A stretch of 64,000 bases of DNA from Lama guanicoe (taxonomy: Eukaryota). This document shows positions 24,201-36,621 of this stretch, one piece after another. The stretch is taken from positions 14,249,644-14,313,643 of the forward strand of contig MU055600.1 in NCBI GenBank assembly GCA_013239625.1, in the 5' to 3' direction. The position numbers and the translations under genes were made by a program. The stretch's first letter is position 1; each line of letters starts with the position of its first letter. Below the pieces are notes generated by a model, which was not told the DNA's origin, did not search any database, and was given only the letters and a program-made list of their open reading frames with translations.

Positions 24201-27200
24201 TCTCTGCCCCAGTGGCGGAGCGAATCCACAAAACCCAGGTCCCGACCAGCGGCGCGGCTCCTGGGGAAGGGCGCAGAATGCCCTCTGTTATCCTGCTGCC
24301 TCTTTGGCTCAGAGAGACACAGGCCTGCACTTCACAGAGATTCTAAGCCATGGCCATTTGGTTTCACCTTGAAAAGCCGCGCAGGCCTGCAGGCTCCCAA
24401 TCCTAACCACCAGCTCGGCCATCCAGGGTGGCCCTGGGTGAAGTGTAGCTGGAGCCCCACGTGGCCACCGGGATAATGCTATGCAGGCACCTCGGCCAGG
24501 CACCTGGGCTGCCTGGCATCTGGATGACACCCAGGGAGCTGACGGATGCTCCCTCCCAGGCTGGTGGCCAGCATCCCTTGGGGCCAGACAGGAGGAAGGC
24601 TTTGGTACGCAGGATGGCGAGGGTCTTCAGGTTCTGAGAAGTGGTCCAAAGCTCTGGCTCCAAAAATCTATCTCTGCTTGTGGGTACAACTCATCCAGCT
24701 GGCATCTGGTTGTTCCAAAGGAGCCAGCTCCATGGCCACTCCTCACCCTCTGCCTTCCATCCTGCCCCACACAGCTCTCCATCCCCTGCTTAGCTTCCTT
24801 AACTCGGGCTCCTGGCCTGGGCTAACTCTCCCAGCCTCTCGCCAGCATGCTTCCCCGCGGAGACGCTCCCTCCCAGTGCTGCCCCGTAGTGTCCTGGAGA
24901 GCCCACCCTGTGGCCCCACCCGCAACACCTCCTGCCTGTGTCCCCCTGTTTGAGCCCGTTCCAGTGGCTGAGACCTGGGCTCACCGCTCGGAGGAAGGTT
25001 TGCTATTACTAAGGCGGCCCAAAACATTGCATATATATTTTCTAACCATACAGCCACGGGAGGTAGCGGTCACGTTCTCTAGCACAGATGAGGAAACTGA
25101 AGACCTAAGTGATTAAGTAGCTTGATCGAGGTCACCGAGCAAGTGGGTGGGAAAGCACAGACACGTGTCCACACTGCAAGTGTGCCTGTGTGCGTGCATC
25201 TGTGTGCATGTGTGTGGCTGCCCTGAGGTTCAAAGCAGCTTCCACTCAAACCAACCTTAAATGTAGGTGAATTTAAGTTAAATTTAAGGACAAAACTTCA
25301 GAGCAAATACTTAAAGCAGGCAAAGCTCCTAAGCCTCAGGCCTGTTATCTTCCTTCACCAGCTCTGCCTTGTTCTTCTCACCACACATTCTCAGCCTAGT
25401 CACCAGCCTGGGTGCCAGTGCCTACGGCCTTCACTGCACTCACTCAGCAAAGCCCCCAGGTGGACAGGACCATGGGACGGATGCCTGAGCCCAGGGCCGA
25501 GTGTGTGCCAAGCCCTGGGCCCAGCACTTCCCATGTCCTTTATTCCCCATTCAACAGACGAGGAAGAAGAGGCATGGAAAGGTAAAAGGACCAGCCCCGG
25601 CTCACACCGCCGGGAAGTGGCGGAAGCCGGGTGGGGTCTCCAGCATCCGGCTCCAGAACTCAAGCCCATCCTGAGTCTTCTACTGCACCCCGAGCTTCTG
25701 AATTCATTCTAAACCCCGTTTTTCTGCTTTTGCCAAAAAACATCCTCCTTCGCATCTTTCTTGAACCAGAAGGGAAAAAAACCCCACATCTTCCAGCAAC
25801 TGCACCGGCTGCAATCCGTAACCACCTGCTGGGGGAGCCGGCCCCGGGTCCCAGTCAACACCAGCCTGTGAGCCCAGGAGACAGGGTCCCGGGGCTTGGG
25901 TCTCCCTCATGGCGCTGGTTCCCCAGGCCCAGTGCGTTTGGTGTTACTTCCCCACTTGATGGAGGAGGGAACTGAGGTTCCGAGAGGATAAGCAACTTGC
26001 CCGGGGTTCACAGCTCATGACCCGTGGGCCAAGCCCTGGATCATAGCCCCTTCTCGACTGGGCCCCAAAGCGCACGCTCTCTCCTTTATACTCGGTGGGT
26101 TTTAAATCAGAGCATTTGAAACACAGAGACAGCAGGCACTCCTCTATAGTAGAAGAGCACAGTGAATAGAACTGAAAGCAGCCTCACCAGCCACATGCTG
26201 ATGGGCCCCTTCATCTTCCTGTCACCGCGTGCATGATGGGGAGGGTCATTATGCTTGGATTAAAGCAGGGCTCACAAACCCAAATGCCCACGGAGGCCAA
26301 CAGGTGATGAGATGAGTGGCCCAGCCTGGGGCATTTACTGTAATGTACTAGGCAGTGGCAGGTATGGGGTAAACCAGGGAATACAGGCCTGGCTTGGCAG
26401 GGTGCTATGACTTTGCCCCAGTTCATTGCTGCCATGAGGGAATGTGGGTCTGGTGCTGCCAATTTCATTTACTTTTCAAAAGAAGCCAAGAATCCAGATT
26501 TTTATGTGAAATCTCTAAGTTTTTAAATGATGAAAACTAATTCAAATGTTTCTTTAAACATTCAAGCCAAACAAAACACATCTGGCCACTGGGTTCACTT
26601 GCTGGGTGCCATTTTGTGACATCCGGTTTAAAAGTTCATAGAGGATATGAATTTAGTCCATTTAAAGAAAGTTCTATTTCGTGTAAAATTATCAGGTTAG
26701 TGTAAAAATTATCAAATGTTTCTCTAGACACCGTATAAGCCAAACAAAACACAAAGCTGGATCCAGCTTTCAGGGTGCCATTTTGTAACATCCAGCTTCA
26801 AAAGTTCATAGAGGATATAAGCTGAGTTCATTTAAAGAAGGATCCCTTTAGCGTAAAAATTATCTCTGCAAGTCAAGACATGCCTCTAACACACATACAC
26901 ACACACACATACACACACACACACAACCAATTTACTAATGAAGGTATTTCTCCCAGCAGTGATTGCTCTGAAGATACTTGGTTCAACAGAAGAAAAGGAC
27001 CCATGCTGCCACTGCCCCAAGCTTGTTGGGCAGATGCGACAAGAGTCTTGCCATGACCCCCCTTGTCTGTAGTTAGCAGATCTGTCATGCTACACAGTCA
27101 TGGAATGATCCTGGGGAAACCGAGGCACAGCAAGAGCTAGACTGACAGTGACCACTGCAAACAAATTGCTCACCCATCTCTGTAGCTTGTGCCCTTTGGC

Positions 27201-30200
27201 AAGGACACATCCCTACTGTCTCCTTCCTGTTTGGTCAGTGACCTGTTCTCAATTGATATTGTTAAAATCTGAGCTAAGGATGATTCAACTCCCATTGGCC
27301 CTAGACTAAGTGACTAGATCCAAACATCCAGCCATTGCTAATGGTCCCTGGGCCCAGCATTAAGCGGACTGGCATGCAGGGGGAGGATGAAGGGACAAGG
27401 GGGCCCTAGATCTCTTGCTTCCTCGGGAAGGAGGTGCTTACCAACAAGCCATTGGAGCCGTGGACAGTGACGCAGCGAGAGAACGTGTGGTGGATGGAGA
27501 GGTCCCTGACATACGTGGGTGGGTTGTAGCCTCCCTTCTCATCCACGTCACCCGCCAGGTGGAAGTGAATTGGGTACTGACCCACCAGCTGCTGGCCCAT
27601 GTGCTTCAGCTCCACGCCCTCCAAGTGTGCAGCCTTAAACCCCAGTGCAAACTGCGAGAGGAGAACCGAGAGTCAGAAGGAATCCATGAGGTGCCCCCGA
27701 TCCCCCTCGCTAGTGCCCACACTCCGAAAATGCACACATGTTGTTCTCAAAGTGCTCCATTAATTCCTGTTTCGGGTACTCAGTACATGAAAGATATTCT
27801 CTGCAAATGGGCCAGGATGCCTAGTCCTTCCTACCTCAAAGGAGACAAGGTGCTGCTAATAATATAGGGACGTTGCAAGGCAATGAACTACCTGGAATGA
27901 AGAGATGCAGTGGGACTGTGCAATAGCTGGGGCTTGTTTCAACCCTCTTTTCCTGCCTCCTAAGCCGCTGAGTGTTATGGGAAAGGAATAACCCTGAGAT
28001 AACCTGGGGGGAGGCTGGCAAAAAGCATGCCCTAGGAGGGTTGGGGAATCCAGGTTAGGGTAGACCACGGGGCAGTAAGAGCCTGTGCCTTAGCTCACCA
28101 TCTGAAGCCCTCTCCCAGCCGTGGGAAAGGGATGCTGAGCTGGGAGTCCTCAGCCGCCGATAACTCTGGTAGCGTGTGTGTGAGTGGCGGGGCGCTCCAC
28201 TCGCTCACTTCATGCTACACCCAGAGCCACTCCTAGCTTGCTCAAGGGAACCACTCGCTCACACTGAACGTCTTCACTCCAGGAACTCACCATAAAAGCA
28301 CAGCTTAAAAATGATTCCTGTCAAAAGTTGAGCTCAGCCAACTTCTACTAGAGAAGGATGACTTAAGGACATGCTAACCGTTCCTTCCAAAAATAGGTGT
28401 CAGTGGGGATGCCAACTCCAGTAGCGGCTGCCCTGGAGCGCTGTGTTGAGAATGATTCTGAGGCCCAGTTTGGGCAAGGTGGCAAGGAGTGCGCTGATCA
28501 CTCAGGGATTACTCTCAAAATGGGAAATGGGGTTGTAGCCTGCTATTTTTGCTTTAGTCTCTCTGACAAGCTTCTCATCTGAAGATTATACCACCACCCC
28601 TGTCCTCACCACATCCCCAGAACTGACTGGAAATGTGTAGAAGTGTTTTGAGGGGTTGCAACGACTGGGAGCACTGCTAGCATTTAATGAGTGGGGGCCA
28701 GGAATCCTAGAAATCCTATAATGCAGGCCTGCATGACAAAAAATAATTATCTTATATATGATGGTAGGAACCCCATTAGGAGCTCTCTAAGTTTCACTCC
28801 ATTATTCTTTTCACTTAGATTACCAAAAAATCTTATCCTTCAAAGCATGTGGTTTTAGCCTCAAGAGAATTGTCTTTACAAAACTCCACAGTACTATTGT
28901 TCCTCTATTAGCTTCAATCCCAAATCACTGAAAGCAACGGTCACGTGAGGAACATTGGGGTGTCTTACGGTATTCAGTCTGCCAGCAAAAGGCACTTTAT
29001 AGAGAGATGCAAAGAAATTCCTCTTGGAGCTTAATGCTAGGAAAATGTGAACTCCAATGAGCTGATACAATTTTCCTTTATTGCACCATGAGAACTCAGC
29101 AGCTCACCACCTCCGTCTTAGCCTTGAGCTCCACCTGAAGCTCACAGGGAAATGTAATGCTGGCACTTCGAGCTCTTCTCCCTTGTTTATCATTTTATCT
29201 GTATTTTAATGGATCTAATGTAAATGTGACTTTTTGTGACTTTAACGCAGTTCTTTTAGGGAGCGGTCAGGGTTAAGTAATGAAGAAAGGGGATGAAAGC
29301 TGTGATCCAGGGTTGAAAATCATGAAGGCAGGGGCACAGTGTGCCAGGTGCCATGAGACTGGGGAGCAGAGAGACGTTCCTCTATCATCTCTCTTGTTCC
29401 TGAATATTGACCGAAGGAACTGAGTGCCAATGCGTAATACATAAGACTTCTCCAACTTCCAGAAGGTACTCTTCCCTTGGTCCTACCTCTGCCCCTCCAT
29501 CCCCTTTCCTATCAGGAATCCCTGCCCATAGGCTGGCACTGTGGGGATTCTCTGATTGGGCTGCCTCAGCCAGGCAGACTCATACCTTGATGTGGCCCCC
29601 AAAGGTGTCGAAGTCAAAGAAGCTGCAGATGTGGGTGCTGTACGGGTAGCACTCATCCTCCATCTCCCCCATCACCACAATGTTACGGCTCAGGAGCCCA
29701 ACCTCGGCCCGCATGTCCACACCATCTATCTCCTCCCCGATGTGCAGGTACATTGGTTTCCCTAGGGCAGAGAGGAGGGGAGAAGGTGAGAAATCAGAGG
29801 CACTGCATGTCTTCCAGGCAGGTCTCTTCCAGGCAGGTCCCCGCCAGGTGCTTCTGCAGCTGCTGCTTACATGGTGCATGGTGGTTCCCATGGCCCCAAG
29901 TCTTGTTTTATAGAAGGATGAAGCCCAGGGAGGTGAAATTACTTGCTTGAATGAAGAGCCAGGAGTCACCGCCATGCACGCTTATGTCTGAAGCCCATGG
30001 AAGAAGTGGCTATTTGTCCCTCAGTATCTGTCCCCTCTTCTGCTTGTCAGTGTGAGACTCTCTTGTTTTAGCTAGACACGTGGTTCCTGGGACAACCACG
30101 ATTCCCAGCCCCGCTACAGGCCAGGGTGGTCACAGGATGAGCAGAAACAGCAGGTGCAGCCTGCAGGTGGCCGCTGCTCTTGCTCATCCCCGGGGCTGGG

Positions 30201-33200
30201 ATGTGGACGTTGGTGGTGGGCCAGCCTCGCCCATGCGGGTGACAACATGCAGTAGAGATGGCAAGAGAGCAACAAGAGAGAAGAAACCCGCTCTCTGGAT
30301 GACCCCACAGAACTCACATCCTGGACGGCCCACCGGTTGGGATTCTTACGGACGAAACATAAAACAAACCCTGTCTTTACAGCCACTAATATAAAGCAGT
30401 GCAAATCCATATTGTGTTGAATTAGGCAAATCTGCATCCTACTTCCCTCCTCCTTATGTGGAGTGTGTATCCACAACTGGATTTCCTAGAAAGAACCAGA
30501 TTGGAGCTTCTGTGTCCAGCACTGTGGCCGAGCTCTGGATATCTCTATGGTGCCACACAGAACAGTGAAAAAGAGCTTGCAGCCCACTCTGTGTTGACCT
30601 CGCCGCCACCTCCCTCCCTCCCCACGGTCCTGGAGGAGAGGACGTGCTCTCCTTTGGACCACTGACCCCAGCCCACCCCTTCCCAGTCTCGAGGGCCTTG
30701 ACCCCAGTAGCATGCCCCCTCCAGTAGTTTCATGTCTTCCCTCACTTGGGTTCCTTACGTTCTATTTCAAACTCATCTAGGCCTTCCTAGCCTTAAAAAA
30801 TGAACACACAAAAGATACTCTTGCCCAACTCTGCTGCCCCTTCCAGCTCTTGTCTGCCACCTCCGGCCATGGCCAGGGTCCCTCGACCTACCGCCTTTTC
30901 CTGTCCCTCTGTTTTCTTTTTACTGTCTCCCTCCCACCTCTGCACTCAATCTCTTGTCCAATCCACTTCATTTCGCCCTCCACCTCCTCCTCGTCTATCC
31001 GGGCAGCAAATGCACCCTAAGAAAGGTGGGAAGTGACAAGCACTTGGAACTTTGGATCTGTCCTGGTCACCTCCACAACAACCCCAGAAACCTCGTTTCT
31101 GAAATGAAGGGACCTCGGGCTGCCCCTAACTTCAGCTCATCGCTGAGACTGCTGACCTGGCCCCTAGGTGCCTTCTCTTCAAGGATGCAGTTACAGAGCA
31201 CAACAATCTCTTACCTCAATTTGCAGCCCAAACCACACCACAGACACCATGTGGCTTCCCTGTGACCTTGACTTGAGCAACCGCAGAGCACAGAGCTCAG
31301 CCCCGTGACACAACCAGTGCCCACAGTCAAAGGCTGTGGGTCTAATGAGCCGTAAGCAGCACCCACCCTGCTCTCGGTGCCCTCACCCCGCTCCCTTACC
31401 CACAGGAGGGGCTGGCTCCCCTGCCCGGCCCGTCACCCAGCACACATCCCGCGGGCGGGCGGGTCTGCAGTCCCTCTGAGGATGTTTATTGTTTTAGAAT
31501 TCTGCAGACTCAGGGAGGTGGTGGTTTCTTTGAAGCATCTCAGTCCAAGATGCAAAAGCACTGCATGGCAAAGCTGAGAAAACACTCCCCCTGGAATCCG
31601 CATTCGCCTCCTCTGGCTGCTGTAACCGCTCACCACAAACTTCACGGCTTAAAACAACAGGGATTTCTATTCTGACAGTCCTCGGGGTCAGAAGTCCGAA
31701 GTCAGTTTCACCGGGTCAGCAGGCAGGCTGCGGGCACGACGGGTTCGGCCCAGGGCTCCGGGGAGGGTCCGCTCCTGGCCTTCCGCAGAGTCCATTGCCA
31801 CCCGTATTCCTTGGCTGGTGGCCCCTTCCTCCATCTTCGCTGTGCAACACTCCAGTCTGCTACAGTCGTCACATCACTTTCTCCTCTGACTCTGACCCTC
31901 CTGTATCCCTCTTATAAGGACCCTTTTGATTCCACGAGCCCGCCCAGATCATCCAGGATCATCCCCTATCCCACAGGCCTTAACTGAATCATACCTGCAA
32001 AGTCCCTTCTGTCACGTAACGTAGCACTCACAGTCACCAAGGATTAGCACAGGGACACCTTTGGGGGCCGTTACTCAGTCTGCCACAGGGTCCTTCTTTT
32101 AAAAAGTCTCAGGTATTTTAAAAGTTAACTGTTCAAAGAGTCTATTTACTATAAGGTACTGTCATCCCCTGAGCTTCCTGATGCCAAAGCGCCAGGAGTG
32201 GACGCCACGGCCGGGGGCTGTCAGGCCTTCAGCTTCACGCAGGTTCTAACATCGACCAGAGGAGAGAGTCTGAAGAAAGTCAGTGCTGCAGAATGCTGGG
32301 GCCTGCCCTCCAGCACATCCCACTGTGGCTTCTGGCTCGGGCCACAAGGCCACGTGTCTGCACGGTTTTAAGGCCCAGAAGCACAGTCCCCTCTGGCTAC
32401 CCATGCGGAGCCTCTATCCCATCCCTGGGTTGTCTGCGGCTACTGGACCTTCACAAGCAGCCAGTCTCAAGGACTTCAAGTGGGATTTAGGTCTTCTGCA
32501 CCCCGGCTGGACAGAAAGCTGCACCCAGAGCAGTGTCCGATGCTGATAAGGAAAGGGGCTCCCGGGCATGCCAGCTTTAAACCCCCAAAGTCCAGTGACT
32601 GATCAAGAATTGATTGCATGTGTCTAACGATAGAGAGTCAGGCCCAGAAGGATCCAGAAGGGCTTTCAGCAGTCACTTAAGCCAGCTCCCTAACTTCACC
32701 CTTGAGGAAACTGAAGGCAGACAATGCGCAGGGCTTGCCCAGTGATCTGGTGGAGGCAGGGGTGAGAACGTGGGGGACACGACCCTCACGAAAAGAGGTC
32801 CTCTCGGCACCTACGACTGCTGCTGGGTGCTGTTCTGCACCTGAGCAAGACCTCATGGGGCCTCCGTGGGACAGACCCCTCCCCCATGCCCTCTGCATTA
32901 ACTCCTCTCTCAAGCACCTGGATAACAGTATCTGATGCATATTTCCAGAGTGTTTCAGATGCTAAAGCCACCAGGGAATGGAAGAAATTAGCTACCTGAT
33001 GATCAGGAGCACGTAGGCCCCAGACCTTCTGGGGCCTAAGGATTGATCACCATCAACCAATGAGAGAATTGTGCACAGCTGACCACCTACCTTGGGACGC
33101 CCCTCCCTCACCTGGCCTTTAAACATGCTTTGCTGAAACCCCTCAAGGAGTTCGGGGTTTTGGGGGGTTATGTACCACCCATTTCCCTCGCTCAGCCCTG

Positions 33201-36200
33201 CAATAAACCTTTCTCTGCTCCAAACTCTGACATTTCAGTTTGGCTTCATGGTGCGTCCAGCTCACAAACTTGCCTTGGGTGACAGTTTCTCTTCGCCACC
33301 AGATGCTGGCTCTGGGACCGAGTGTGCACTGTGAGCCTGGCCCTTCGCCATGAGGATGTGGAATATGAGACTTTTTACAGTCTGTGTACCCTGGATGCTG
33401 ACTTCGAGGGCTGAGTATGTCCCCTGTGTCCAGTCAGAGGTGAGCTCTCACGACAGCCACTGGGGTGTGCTGCCGTCAGTCTCTCTTGGGGAGGGCAGTC
33501 AGCAGAGAGCGTCCAGCTCAGGTCATGCTCCCCTTGGACTGAGCACGGCAGAGGTCCTAGAGCCAGGCCGCCGCTGCCCCACGCAGAACCCCCTAACAGG
33601 CAGGCTGTGCTCTGGGGCCCCCGTCCCTGGTTTCCCGAACCACCCAGTTCAGAACACTCCCTGCAGAGAAGTAGGTCGGTAGAAACAGACCCTTCTTTTC
33701 CCAGAGCCGGTACCTTTCCCTTAGGACTTCCCGGCTCCTTGTCTTCCGGGCCTCATGCCTTTGGGCACGCTGGATCCAGACCTTTCCTTCACCAGTGGAC
33801 ACCCCAAAGGCAACTTTGCTGGCAACACCCAGAAAAACTTCTACAGGCTTGCTCGGCCATGCAAGGCCACCTTGGACTGTTCTTGGGGTGCAGAGGAAGC
33901 ACTGCCTGCCAGGGCCCTAGTGGCAACTCAGAGGTGCCCGCGGACTGGCCAGAGCAGCTGATGGGGACCTGGGGGGCTGGTACTGAGAGGCACAGCGTAA
34001 CGCATGCTTCCCGAAGGGATGCCTCCCCAGCCCTGCCACCCAGGGTTGAGCACACCACGGAAGAGGTTGCACAGAGAGCCACAGGCTCAGTCCTGCCGGC
34101 CAGGGGCATAGGAAAGGAGCTTCCCACACGGCTCCGAGGAGCGCAGCACCCCCCGCCCCAGCAGCCTGTAGGACGGACAGAGTAAAACCCAAACTCTTAT
34201 CAGCTTACCCGCCATCACTGCCCCACATCCCCTTCTGCTCCAGCCAGACCCGACCACCCGTCCTTCCCTGAGCAAGCCTCCACTTTCCCACATCTCAGAG
34301 CTTTTACCTAAGCTGCTCCCTCTAGTTGGGACAGCCCTCTCCAACTGCCCATGTGGCAAATCACTCTGCCCTTCAAGATCCAGCTCCAATGGCTCCTTCT
34401 CAGTGAAGTTTTCCCCCACCACCCTTAGCGTCAGCCTTTCCATCTCGGGGTCCCTGCATCACTAGGCAGAGGCAGGAAAACCAGGCCGAGCCTCCCTATC
34501 TCCAGGCCACACCCCCCCAGACTTTCAACCACCCCTCAGAACACACCCATTTCAGTGCCCAGGGGACTCCTCTATTTGTCAGTATCCCCCTTAAAATACG
34601 GTGTCCCGGCAGGATGCTGACCAGAGGCTCCTGCTCCTGTGGGTGGCCCGAGGGCCTTCCTCGGGGATCCAGTCTCAACACAACCGGACAGGTAGGATAG
34701 TGGATGGGGAGGACTGTGGCTCTGGAGTCCAGCTGTCTGGGTCGGATCCCAACTCAGATCGTGGCCCTGAGTCCCTGAACACGTTAAGCTCCCTGAACCT
34801 CAGGTCTTTCATCTATAAAGTGGAGATAAAAATAGCCCATATCTCAAAAGGTAGCTATGATTGTTAAGTGAGCTAGTCCCTGGACTGCGCTTAGACCAGC
34901 CCCGGGCACATGGTAGGGGTTAATGTAACAGGAGCCACACAGGCCGCTGTCCCCGAATGAAGGCTGGAACCCAGGGCTCCCACCACTACCCTCACGCCTA
35001 CAATGGTGGCGATTTGATAGAAAACAGGCTTGACAGCTTTCCTTGTTTCACAGGGGAAACCAGCAGGGGTAGGAGTGACTTCCAGGTAGATGGAGGGGCT
35101 GCGTTTATCAGACTCCTGTGAGCAGAGTAAGACAGACTGAGAGCTGAAAGAATATTCCAGTCACACCGCCTCCTCCCCCAAGGCGGGGCTCCCTGTCAGG
35201 ACTTCTGCGAAGCCTTGCGGCCAGTTTATCTGTCCTGCTGCCGCGTTCACAGGGCACTCCCAGCCTGCTATCCCCGGGAAGCTGTGGGTCCTGCGTTCCC
35301 AGCATCCCGTCCCGTCTGCCGAGTTCTCCCTCCTGGCTTCACCCTCCCTTCCATCTCCAAGTTCTGATACATGAAGGCCAGCCAGGGAAGAGCAGACATG
35401 GCCAAGCTAGACATGTGTCAAATAATCTAGAAGGGCCATGAGCACAGGCAAGGACTGGGGAAGGCCTGGGACACAGGGGACAATGGGGCCTGCCCCTCCA
35501 GACCACTGAGGACAAGCCCAGAGGGACCTGGGCTGGAGGGTCCCAGAGGGGCAAATTTAAACTACAGAGCTCCCCAGATCCCTCCTACAGTCCGTCACCT
35601 TCAAATGAAGATGCTGGGGATGGGGCCTTCAGGAAGCGAGAACAAAGCAGAACACACAGCCCTGGAGCCAGAGAGCTCTGAGTTTGAATCTCGGCTCAGA
35701 CCGACCTAGTAGACTTGTTCTGTCTACACCAGCAGCCCCCGCTAGAGATTTCTGAGATGGTGGAAATGCTCTGTTTTGTGCCATACAATATGGTAGCTAT
35801 TAGTCACATGGGGCTACTGAACTCCCCAAATCTGGCTATTATGACTGAGGAATGGAATGTTTAATTTTGCTTAATTTTAATTAAATTTAAATAGCCACAC
35901 GTGGCTGGTCACTGCCATAGTGGAAGGCATGCGTCTAGACATTTAATTTCCATGAACCTCAGTCTCCTTGTCTGTGTTGTGGAGAAGAGAGCCCCCACCC
36001 TGTCATGTTAACATGAGGAGTGGACAAGATGGTTTATGCAAAGTGCTTAGCATATCATAGGAAACTCAAAACTGTGAATACAGTAGTATTACTTAAAGGT
36101 GTGTGTGTGGAGGTGGGGGTTACAAGCAAAGGAGGAAGCTGGGAATGAAAACAGGGCAGAAAACTGAGGAGATTTCCAATCGCCATGTCAGGAGGTGTTG

Positions 36201-36583
36201 AGAGGTGGCTGGCAAAACTTTTGACCTATTTTTTTCAGATGATTCACACACACTTTCATTTCATTTTGTTTTGTTTGTACTTTGTTACCCCCATCTGTTT
36301 CCTGTCAGAAAATCCTTAAAATGCAAAAAAAAAAAAAAAAAAAAGCCTATTTACTGGAATTTGGGGGCAGTGAGGAAGGAGGATCCAGGAAAGCTGTGTC
36401 CCTCCCTGCAGCCGGCCTGGGGACGGGGACACTCATTGATAATTGGGTGGGGAGCACAGTTTTGGGAAAAGAATGAAGCAGGTGGAATCCTTGCTTCACG
36501 TCAGTGGGGGATGGAGAGCCAGACAAGAGGCTTGGAGCTGAATAGGAGAAATGTGAGCCTTTCCAGGACAGAAAGACAGACAG

Positions 36584-36621
<38 letters not shown>

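Noticed and set aside
33607-34185. 192-aa ORF next to the LTR as possible ERV gag/env remnant
   Set aside because: No retroviral motifs, and I saw no primer-binding site after the LTR end.
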